NCBI GenBank assembly: GCA_021613535.1
Contig: CP075496.1
Coordinates: 5,828,001-5,892,000 of the forward strand
Source of the DNA: Adineta vaga
Lineage: Eukaryota; Animalia; Rotifera
Length of the DNA: 64,000 bases
Reading direction: 5' to 3'
Position numbers and translations under genes: made by a program. A model generated the notes under the pieces. The model made no database searches and had not been told where the DNA came from. It worked only from the letters and a program-made list of their open reading frames with translations. Numbering within the stretch: position 1 is the stretch's first letter; each line of letters starts with the position of its first letter. This document shows positions 25,219-36,944 of the stretch, piece by piece.

Positions 25219-28200
25219 GGTCTGTTCAATTTATATGAATTCATGCAATAATCGATGTTAGCGATCAATTTCTAATCATAAACAACGAGACAGATGACTT
25301 CAATATCTAGAATAACAAAATAACTTTTTAAGAATTCCAAATAAAAACTCATCTGTATGTCTACAGATACGTCATCAAATAGATTTGAAGTTCGAAAATG
25401 AAAATACGAATAGTCATATGTCATTGCCTGACGAAATTCTTTCGTTTTCTACACATATATAATGGTTGTCAATGAAGATAGTTAAGAAACTTCGAAAATA
25501 ATCTCATCAATTCTAAAATAGAAATAAACTGGGACAATTTCGTGGAAAAGACGCGTAAATGATTAACCATCAAATATTGAATAGTTTGACGCTAAGAAAA
25601 TAGTATCATATTTCCCTAATCTATTTATTTGCTATATAATAAATCTTTTAATGCAAGGTTAGAAGAAAAAAATCGGTGCAATCAATAAATATCATATTTA
25701 CTTTCATGAAGACAAAACTACATGGAATATTTTCAAATAACTACGTACAATCGTTATTTAGTGAGTTTATTTCATTGATACGTGACTTCTTCAAAGAAAA
25801 ATCTTTTTTTTTGATAGATATGTTCGATTTTTCTCTTATTTAAATCAAAATATCACACATACTCGTACATTTCTGTTAATTAACTTTTCTCTACGTTTAC
25901 CAATGATATCGATGTATAACCACCTTCATTTTCTCTAGAATATTTCTGCTATCTGAAGATTGAATGATGATTAATCGATAAACACGTGCGAATTATCAAA
26001 TGACTAAATACTAAGATAGAAAATCTCATTAAGATTTCATTGTCATTCATTTTTCATATATCGCACTCTTCTATCATTTGTATATGTAGATAAAACATGT
26101 GCTTGAATTCAAACAATGTATTAATAGTAATAATATCTACACCTTTAGAAATCCAAAATCATACTGACGCAGACTGTTGAAAAGAAATCAGTGAAAGTGT
26201 GGAGGTCGATATCATGCTCATGTTGAGAGAGATCTCGACAACGATTGATATGACTATACTAATATTTAACGACAGACTATGAAGAAAGAAGTTGCTGTAT
26301 GATATACTTTTGGTTTCTATCATCAGTCATTCTATAAAATATGTTGTCAATTTCTAGTCACTATCAGTATATCTTTAAAACGCTCTACTAATCATACTAT
26401 ATATATACAGCATGATTTCGATTTGTCGTCCAAATGATCTCTAATTATATTATCAAAATTTATTTCATTTACATACAAAACGTAGATATGGTATACATCA
26501 TTTTCTCAACATATAGATCTATTAGTTAAAAAAAAATATTCAATTGAAATGATCATTATGATATTTTACTATGACTACTGGCTCGAGAATAGAGAAACAC
26601 GGTAGAAAGACAGAGATTGACAATGACGTTATGTGTAATATGACTAGCAAGCACATATAGTCAATTTGCACAGCATGTTCGTCATATATTAACTATTGTC
26701 AATATTAATGCTCGCGAGAGAAAAAGAAAAGAGTAGAATTCTAACGTTACTTGAGCAATTAGAGAAAAACAATCAGTTTTTCTTTATTCGGTAAAGTAAA
26801 GCCAATCTGTAGTTGATATGATTTTTATAGTTTAACTGAAATATAGTAAGCTAAACTGCAAGATATATTCTATAAAAGAAAAATATACATATTTTACTTT
26901 AGTCAAAGCAGTACGCATACATTTTTTAATATTTATCTATGATTCGACAGATAATTTGATCGTTAATAATACGATCAATGTCTAATACGTAAAAAAAACT
27001 GACTTTATGACTTTGTAAAGTATATAAATCATCATTTTAACATACTTTCTTTTACTTTTTCTTGAAGACTAAATATGATTAATATTGGACATTTACCAGG
27101 AATTAAAACTAGTCGACGCGATATGTTCGTATCACCATCACTATAATATGAGCATGTGCACTAGGTGGGATAAACTAACTCTTTATTATGAACGTGCATA
27201 TTTTTCTTTTTTATATTTACAAAAGTTTTTGTATGTCAAGTCTTTATTCATAAATCAAAGACGTCACATGACGTTAGCAAATATATAATCTATATGTTTT
27301 AGAAAAGTAGTTTAATCAGTATTTTTTTAGACAAGTCACTACTTCGTATTTCTCAAAGATAAAGTTTCCATTGATATTTCGATTCGACGCACATATAGAC
27401 ATCATCTAATATTGATTTTTCATTTTTCTCACTCATTTACAAATAGCTAATAAAACGATATATATATATTAGCTTAGCAAAGTTTTATAGATATAAATTA
27501 GATAAGTCATGTATAATAGGAAATCCAAGGAAAAATTTCCAAAATAGAAATACTAAAAACTACAATGCTTAAAAGATAACGAATAAAATCTCAGTTTTCT
27601 ATACTTTTCTCTGATTAAACACCTTATTCTGATAGATATCTGTTCATACTAATGCTTATTTAACTGTATCTGTACGTTACTGCGCCTATAAATACACTAT
27701 ATTGATCTTGTCTACCTTTATGTTACGTTTTTTCTTTTATTCCTATCGTCACAAGAATACTTTTGGAAGGAGACTTCGATTCTTCCGTTTATTTTCATAT
27801 ACTAATCTTTACATATCAATACACATATCGGTGTCTCGTCCTTCATACCTGTTCTCTGATTTCTCTTTTCATTGATCAATCGTTATATGTTCGCATTGGT
27901 TTCTACAAACGCTTTTTAAAATTTTTCAAAAATATCTGTCCAAATATTCTCAATATGAATCAGTCATTGATTTGATTTAGTTTCACTTTTCTTGCACGTG
28001 TTATTTTCGAGTATGTAGAATAATAAGTAAATTTTGAATAAAATAAAATATACCTTTCTTCCTCTCTAATAGTTGACATGTAAAGACAATTTGTAATTCT
28101 AGATGATGGATGAAAAACCGTTCTACAATTGTCTCAGGTGGTGTCTTTTGAACTAGGAAAAGTATGTAAAATTCATATTTTAACTAACCATTGAATGTTC

Positions 28201-29842
28201 TACTTGCATAGTACCAATATTATTTCATAAACACTTGAAAATGCTATTTTCCTCTGGAGCAAGTTCCGTTTTTACAGAACATATATTAGTATGTAAGAAT
28301 TGAGAAATTTATTTATCGATAGCCGAGGAAAAAAAAGAATAAATTATCAGAAAGATATGTTCTCAAGATAAGGAAGAAAGAAAGAAAGAAAGAGATATGT
28401 TCATAATAAAACAAGAAAAAAAAGAAACTAGTACAATTGTCATGGACATTGAATAGTGAAACTATTTTCCTATATTCAGACAGAGTTGTTCACTCGCTCG
28501 TATGATTCTTATCATTTCCAATTCTCTGACTTTTACCAAGATTGATTATAGGTAAGTCGCTATGTAATGATAGATGTTAATGTAAACTACACTCAATTTT
28601 CGTTTAGATATTCTTGAAAGTATTCTAGATAGTAAAACAATATGTGTAAATAGTATAGTTTCAATTCCAATTATTCTTAATTCGACTTTCTTGAAAATAA
28701 TATAAATTTGAATAAAAGACTTACATATGCTCCTGTTGATAAGAAAAAATTGTTATCGAAGGGTGTAAGATTTTTTTTTCTCTTCATATTTGCATATTCA
28801 CATTGGCCCATGTTATCTGTGTAGGTAAAAATGATTCATTCACAAATGTCGTTTTAGAAGTACTATCGAAGAAATATGTTCCATTATTCTGTGAGCTTTT
28901 ATAACTATCAAATAACACGTTGTGGACAAGTAGAACCAAATCATACTTTGATTTGCTATAATTTGTATTGTATCACGTTACTGTTGAAATTCAAAGAATA
29001 TATGAAACTTTTCAGTGACGACAGCATTCTCTTCTTACTTTAGTCACTTTTTTTTTGTAGATGTGTAGTTATAAGATTGGATATGAAATTCAAAATCCAT
29101 AGTCATACGTTGAAACTTTAAACTGAAGTATTTGTACAAAGGTTTATTGAAAATTTATCGTCTAATAATACACTGTAGGATCTATAGCAACTGAATATTC
29201 TTGCGATGTTGTTGATAAGAAATTTTCAATGAATTTTACTAATTACATATATTCATATACAATATTCGTCCAATTTATTTCAAATTACATTCTTAGACAT
29301 CAGAAAGAACTTTCTTTTCTATCTTATTTATGTACTTTGGCAAGTAATAACTTAGAATTCTCTGATCTTCTATATGATAGCTATTCAAAGAATTAGTCGA
29401 ATAGAATAGTTGAGTCCATATTCAAGAAAATACCTTTTCTCATCTTTATTTATTTTATTACGGATTATATTCTAGGAAATGTGACACAGCCGATATTTCA
29501 ATTTCTAAAATATTTTACTATCAATATAAAATTCATTTTAGATTAAATTATCTACATTTGTTTTATAGAGTGTTCTCTATTAGCTATTGTTATTGTAGCT
29601 CATCTTTCTCTTCTATGCTATTCTACTATCGATGGGTAGTCAACAAAATAAAACGAACATAGTAAAATATGAGATATCTTTATGAAAAGCAGAAGCAAAA
29701 TGATTTTGTTTTAAAGGATGCTTCTTTGTCAATATAGATTTGTCTGTCTTTATATCTGCACAATTTTATCTATTTAGAACGAACATAATCTGTCTTTCGT
29801 GATAGCTTATATCTATATTTTATTTACACAATTTTATAGACG

Positions 29843-30982
29843 ATGACTAACAGTGAAAGACTAATTAATATCAATACTGATGGCGCCATGATCCAAAAGG
29901 AAGCAATAAAAATTGATCTTCCATCTCTGACAATTGAAAAGAAAGATGATGTTTCTCAATCACTTGCATTTCGAGCAATGGTTCTTTTCCAAGTTCTTGC
30001 ATATGGTTCTTATTCCGTATTGGTACATCTTTGTGAACGTGGTGGTGTTATTATGTTTTCTTCTACGACTATGAATTTAGTTCTTGAATTTATTAAACTT
30101 TCTTTTTCCCTTACCAGTCATTTATTTAACTCAAGAAAATCATCATCAATGGATATTTTCAATTATAAGTTATGGTTTCGTCATTCTTTACCTTATTCAA
30201 TTCCTGGACTTCTCTATTTTATAAATAATAATCTTGCTGTTCATATGCAACTTCAAATGGATCCTGCTTCATATCAAATTTTGTCCAATTTTAAAATTGT
30301 TACTACTGCTATTCTTTATCGAATCATTATTAAACAGAAATTATCCCGACAACAATGGTTTGCTGTTTTGCTTCTTTTCTGTGGTGGACTATTCTATAGT
30401 TTAGGTAAATTTCTGTGAAGAATAACAATGAGAGTATCATTCGAATAGGAAATAGCATCTCGTTTCTTATTTTAAGGTGCAATAAATGATCCTGCGAAGA
30501 TCAGTAAAGTCAATATGCGACGTATGTATATTCGTCCGTTAGGGCTTCCAATGATCTTTATCTACTGTACACTTAGCGGCTTTGCAGGTGTCTACAATGA
30601 ATGGATTCTTAAGAAATACTATTCCGAATCTCTTCATAAACAAAATATCTATCTCTATACTTATGGAACTTTATTAAATCTAATTCCTGCAGTTGGAATA
30701 CCATTACTTACATCAAAATCCTTGTTTAAACTAGATTTATTCAAAGGTTTTTCATTTTACACATGGTTAATTATTGCAACACAAGCTCTCAATGGTCTAT
30801 TTATGTCAGTTGTAATCAAACATTCATCAAATATCATTCGTCTATTTATCATTTCATTTTCATTAATTGTTACCACTGTATTATCCGTCATAGTTTTTGA
30901 TTTGACATTAAATATTTATTTTTTTGTATCATTTGCAGCTATGATGTCTGCAGTTTATTTATATTATTTCAAAGAAGTTTAA
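29843..30982 (+). CDS. Nucleotide-sugar transporter, SLC35A4-like, 2 exons
   Basis: YSIPGLLYFINNNL, DPASYQILSNFKIVTTAILYR, SGFAGVYNEWILK, QNIYLYTYG, NGLFMSVVIKHSSNIIRLF. One intron at about 30405-30477. Confidence 0.9.
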
Positions 30983-31628
30983 TTGTTTATCAGTATCAAT
31001 CGTAAATCCTTCTGTACGCAATCGAACCTTTTTACAATTGCAATAATTTCATCTACATATTAAATAAATCTATTTAGTTTATTGATAAATTGATATAACA
31101 AAACATCTTCTATTTTAATATAACTATCCTATTTGATAAAGTTCGTCTATTAAAACATTTACGTAATTTCACAATAGATACTACATTGTAAGTGACAGTT
31201 ACAATCGTGAGTACTTATCGAAGAACATGATTAAGGTTATAAAGAAAAAATCAAATCATTGTGCTATGAGACCTGCGATTAACATAATATATACTTTTTA
31301 TTTTATACTTGATAACATAGCGATACACATTATTAATCTAGCATTATTATGTAGTCTATCTTAGAAATTCCAAAAGCTTGCAGAAATTAGCCTTTGTATA
31401 GGTAACCTAATGGATATTATAGTAAATCAATAGTTAAATTCATTTCATGTATTCTAGGATTTGACATACTTCCAGCGCTATATGGAAAATGTGTGAAATC
31501 AGATTCTTGTGTTCTCTTTCATTTTGCAATCGTATTCTATATCTAAATAAATATTCGTTAGAGTGGAAATCAAAAAGCAAAAGTTGTTAGTATACCGTTG
31601 ATATCGATATATTTATCGTCTTCGACAA

Positions 31629-32004
31629 ATGAGCAGATTTGTATTGCTTATACTTGTATTGATGATCATATAGACAATCCGGGTGATTATATTAATCTTG
31701 GATTTAGTTCTGTCGAATTCGAACAAGCAAGAATGACTTTGAGAAACTCAACAAAAAAATGATTATGATCTTACTGGTATTCTGATTCATAATAAACACA
31801 TAGAAAACATACAAAAATCACTTGAATATCCTGTTACTTCTTCTTTTTTCAAAGAAATTATTATTTGGAATAATAATACACAATTGAATTTAACAGTTAA
31901 TGATCTTCATTCTTATAATCATTCAATACCATCAGTTCGTATCATTAATCCCATAGATAACTTCGATTATTTAGCTAAATATTATGCTTGTATTCAAGTC
32001 AAAA
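31629..32004 (+). pseudogene. Truncated GT-A glycosyltransferase-like gene fragment
   Basis: An open stretch from ~31758 reads YDLTGILIH...FFKEIIIWNNN...VRIINPIDNFDYLAKYYACIQVKT and stops at a transposon-like end. The upstream part has a stop and a frameshift. Confidence 0.55.
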
Positions 32005-32070
32005 CTAGGGGTAAACATAGTTCAGTTCACCGAACTGAACTAATCGATCAACTAAACTGATGTGAACTCT
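32005..32070. mobile_element. DNA transposon terminus (hAT-like TAGGGG end with AACTG subterminal repeats, or a Helitron 3' end on the minus strand)
   Basis: CTAGGGGTAAACA followed by a perfect 11-bp hairpin TAGTTCAGTTC-ACC-GAACTGAACTA (32018-32042). Confidence 0.5.
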
Positions 32071-33647
32071 AAATTCCATTCCTTTGTTTAAAGGGTTATA
32101 GCTTGGGTTATAACTAGTCGAACTTACAAAAAGTAGTTTTAACTTCAACAATGCATGCAATACTACTCACATTTATATGTTACTATGATCAAGAAGATAT
32201 TCAATCATACAGATAATATTATCAACTTTGTATGAGAGTCAAACCCGAAAAACTATATTGCAAATATTATTTGATCACAATGAAAAGCCTTAATGAACTA
32301 TCTTGTTTCATTGATCGATGTAATTTCATACGGTTAAATATTCTCTTTGATTCATTCAGAAAGAAAGGAAAACAGCGACATGCTTGATTTGATTTATATT
32401 CAACTGTCTCATTATATATAGTGCATTTTTGTTCTCCACTTCTTTTCAACAAATGTGCACCTGAAGATAATTCATTATACATGTGTTTCTTTTTATGTTT
32501 CCATTCACTAGGGTCTGGTTTCGGAAATCTTTTCTTAGCCTTCATTCTCAGGTTCTCGCCGTTTAATGTATTCGTCGGAGTTCTGATTGCATTTTCTTGC
32601 GTGTGAACACCAATGTCCACCATTCGTCACAACATATACAGCAGAAAAATCATTGAAATAAAATAAATTCTTACATGATGAAAAGCGCAAAAGATATATT
32701 GGTTATGATGTGATTCATAGCAAGTTTGATTCACATCAAGTTAAATTTCATCCTTGAACAAAACTGTTGAGTTTAATTGACAACCTTGTTAATGTTCATT
32801 TCTAATATATTCCAAGTTAAAAAATATCATAGGAAATGTTGAATCAGTCGATTTATAGCAATACTTTTCAAAGATTTTTCTATAAAAAATGGCATTTAAA
32901 TCAATTTTGATCTAAGAATAGTTCCAGTGGATTAATATTTAGTGATATTATAAAACTCGTCATCAATAAAAGAGATTCGTATGGCTTTTCATGTTTGATG
33001 CGAATGTGGTAGTGCATTATTATAGAATCATTTTATGCTACTGATAAAATATTTCGTTAGAATTAATTCATTTTATGTTCTTCTATTTAGATAAAGAAAA
33101 CTAACCGAAATGTGCCTATCATGAGGATCATATACATCAATGTTTTTTTACTATTGTTATCTGTATAATTCTTTATTATTCGATGTTGTTTTTTCACTAA
33201 TCTTAGTCGAAGTTAACATCGTTGATAAGATTAATGATTGAATTGTTGTTGTTGGTTGTTTTTCTTCTGATTCTCTTTCATAACCAAAGACTTCGAGTAC
33301 ATCAGTTGGATCATATTCTGTATTGACTTGACTGTATGCTTTGTTTGCCAGTGATTATTGTGACTATTGCATTCGTCATATTCGCAACAAAAGTTAATTA
33401 CGAAGTTCATATCTTTAAAACTGATATCAAAAACAAGTTCAATCCTATCTCCTGTTTGTTTCACGTCGTCATTAAAACAATTTTGATGATTTCTGTGTTT
33501 GCATGTTATACGGACTTCTAATCCTCAAGAATATATTCTTACATTCAGCCACGGCTAATCACACTTGTACTCTTCACTGAGTCTTCAAGTCTGAATTTAA
33601 TTTGAAGATGACACTTTAAAAATGATTCATTTATTATATAGTATTAT

Positions 33648-34527
33648 ATGTCGTCTATCGTTTCACATAAAAAAATAGTTCTTAATCCTCAATACATTTT
33701 TATTATTTTATGTTTATTATTCCTTTCTACACGAGTAATTTTTCTTGTGTTTGATTATAATATTTATTCACAAGCGATTCGTCTGAATTCTATCGAAATT
33801 TTATTGGATATCATATTAATTCAACAATAAATTTCTATGATGAATCATCAGAAATCAATTTTGAAACAACTGATGTCAACAAATCAGGTAGTATATAATA
33901 CTCAAAGCAATACTAATATTCATTCTCACTCATCCTCACAATTATCATCTATTAGAAATCAAAACTTTCACATCCTTCAACGCTCTGCAAATAATGATCT
34001 TTCGAATAATAATCATCTCAAATCTCGTTTTACATATTGCATTAAATCTCCAAATTTTAATGATGATTTCATATTCTTTAGCAATATTCTTCCATTTAAA
34101 ATACAAAATAATTCATCACATTCAACATTATTCAGTATATGGAAAGTAGGAGACGACAATCTGTCGACCTGTTGGCAATCTTATCGAATTCCGCATTCAA
34201 ACAATTTTTTTTTCTATTAATTTTTTACAACCTCAAATGAATATTACATTTATGTTGACACTAGCACATATTTTCACATTAGAAGATAATCTTGAAATAA
34301 AAATTTCATTCAATAGTATTTGGTGGATTCCTTATCTTTCATTAAAAGGAATTTATACAAAAAAGATTGTTATGCCTGAATAACAATTACAAACTATTCT
34401 CTTCGATTCTGCTCAATTTAATCCAGGTTTTCAATCCTTTCGGTATATTTCATTTACAATTCGCGATCACCCTAATGAATCTTTGCAATATGTGATATTC
34501 AAATTATTAAGAAATAAAAAGAAGTAA
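33648..34527 (+). pseudogene. Disrupted gene relic, probably related to the 31.6 kb glycosyltransferase-like fragment
   Basis: A TM-like start, then CIKSPNFNDDFIFFSNILPF...VGDDNLSTCWQS...LEIKISFNSIWWIPY...QFNPGFQSFRYISF across frameshifts and an internal stop. Confidence 0.45.
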
Positions 34528-35021
34528 AATTCGTTTATGATTGATAAAATTTACATGGATCAGCAGAGTCCCTTCTAAATAGATTTCAAGCTGACCTCGT
34601 CTTTTCAAAGTTTGATTCGGGCTTTGAAAAAGCTGCTATTTTTCTTCTTGGTTAATGTAGATTATGAAATAAATGCCATAAATAATTCAACATATGTCAG
34701 GGATTGTAATAAACATCAGCTTTATTGACGACGGATTTTATACGCAGATGATATTTTTGTGTTGAGAATTGCTGGATTGAGAATGTTCTCAGAAATGCAG
34801 AAGATAATGACAACATATGAGTTGCGCTTGAGAAGAAAACGTATACAGTTTTTAACTACACTAAAAAAATATGAAAGAATTTCACAATACAGTCTTGCAA
34901 TGTTACATTCGTTGGAATTCGTATATGCAATAATCAATTACTCTAGATCTGAACATTCTCTGTCATTGTGTTTTTTCGAAAAACTTACAATTAGACTCCT
35001 TGAACTATTATATGGTTATCG

Positions 35022-35924
35022 TTATGTCATTGTCGGTACTATATCGTTTGATTGTTTTAAAATTTTTTTCTTTAATAAAGCTCTTAAGGGTTCTGTAAAT
35101 TGAAATAATATAATCAACACGGATATTGTCGATGCATGAAGAAATATATATGCTATTCGGAAATGAAATTGTGGTGCTCGATGAAAAAATGCCATGAACA
35201 TGATTAATATATATGGAAAAGCTATGCCAATAAGAATTGCAATTAATATGACTAATCGACGAACCATTTTCAATTCTCGTCTTGCACGATCGATATTCGA
35301 ATGATTTGCTACATTATTACGTATTGTTTTTACATATCGAACTAATTTATAATAAATCAAGATCACTAATGATAATGGAACTGAATAGGCCAAACATGCT
35401 CCATAGATAATAGAAAACGAAAGTCGAAGAATTATTTGACAAATTTGATTGTCACTGTTGTAAACAATATCACTCGTAAATACAAACGGAATGATGTATA
35501 TAATACCATATGTCCATGTTAAGCAAATACAAAACATTTGAAATCGAACTTTTTGCCAGGCTAAATGAGTTGGATAGACAACAATCATATATCGTTGAAA
35601 AGCTTGTAAGAAAAACGAACAATTGAATAATGTATATGTTATATAACCAACAAAACCTCGTATAACACAAAGTGAATCTTCATATACGACTTGTTCTAAA
35701 TCATTCATCAGTGTAAATAGAGACATTCTTAGAAGAATAATTCCAAGTATGATTCCAATAAAATAAGTATGACCAATTAACATCATTGATATTGTATGAC
35801 ATGTTTTATTCACAATGATAATAAGTAAGACAAGAATCGCTACGATAATAATTAAAATACTATTGATAACCATGAGAATATCGAAAGGAATAAACCATGA
35901 TTCAATAGAACTAGTTGAATTCAT
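35022..35924 (-). CDS. Intronless class A (rhodopsin-like) 7TM GPCR, 300 aa
   Basis: Seven hydrophobic segments, Cys at the TM3 start (DSLCVIRG), DRY-equivalent QAFQRY..VVYP, ECL2 Cys (QICQ), TM5 YSVP...IY, TM6 FPY. Confidence 0.9.
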   Translation of the reverse strand: MNSTSSIESWFIPFDILMVINSILIIIVAILVLLIIIVNKTCHTISMMLIGHTYFIGIILGIILLRMSLFTLMNDLEQVVYEDSLCVIRGFVGYITYTLFNCSFFLQAFQRYMIVVYPTHLAWQKVRFQMFCICLTWTYGIIYIIPFVFTSDIVYNSDNQICQIILRLSFSIIYGACLAYSVPLSLVILIYYKLVRYVKTIRNNVANHSNIDRARRELKMVRRLVILIAILIGIAFPYILIMFMAFFHRAPQFHFRIAYIFLHASTISVLIILFQFTEPLRALLKKKILKQSNDIVPTMT

Positions 35925-36944
35925 GTTTTGAAGATATTTGTGTATAATTATAATTTCTACAAAAAAATCTAAAATCTTGACAAGTGTAACTCATGTAAGA
36001 AAATATTTTTCACTAATTCAAATAATTACTTGTGCAGAAGATGATTGACTGTGTAAACAATGAACACCTTTTCTATTCAGATTAAAAAGAGAAATAGTCG
36101 TATCTTTACTAAGTTAGTAATTTTCTTTCTCTCAAATGTCAAAGATCAATAGAAATGACTTAATCTTGAATCTCTTTGTCATAGTTAAAGAGAAAGAATT
36201 ATCGATAAATAAAAATTTTTCATTTGTTTTTCCTTGGATTCTTGAATTTTTTTTTCTTTACGTACGCACCTAAACATGGAGAGAAGCAAACAGTTCAAGC
36301 AAGAAGTGAAATAACAGGGTTATTCATGTAATTCTTTGACAGTCTAATTAGCTTGAGTGAAAGCTTTCCGAAAAAAATGTATAGCTTGAATAAAACACTA
36401 TCTAATAATTGTATTTTATTGTTGTATTAGGGTATCTCGGCGTCATACCGTGATCCAGGGATATTTTTTATACTGATGATGATTAAGACATTCATTAAAT
36501 GCTTGTGATTTCCTGAACATTCAGTTCTTTAGTTACAATAAATGCTACTAATGAACGTTAGTCTTAAACACGTGTGATATTGTTTGAATGGCGAAAGAGA
36601 GAGATATAATCGAATGTGTCATACAAAACCAAAGAACCAATGAAAATCGATTAAAATATAAGCTTTTACAACGATATTGCGCAAAAAAGTGATTCAATTT
36701 TACTTCGCAAGTACGTTAATTCAATTTGAACAAATTTCACTCGAAAAAACAATCAAGATGTCGCACTGAGTAAGTATTTTATTGATTATCAGACAGTTTC
36801 AGTGATATCAATGAATCCGATTGGACTTTCAAAAATTGGGTAAAAAAGTCAGGGACTAGTTTAGGAATGGTCATATATCGTTCTTTTTTTGTAGTTATAA
36901 TTTTCACATTTAACATATTTTGTTCCTAGAATCAGAATATCTCA

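Noticed and set aside
32267-32623. 118-aa minus-strand ORF next to the transposon end
   Set aside because: No recognisable transposase or other motif; it may be a captured fragment but cannot be supported.
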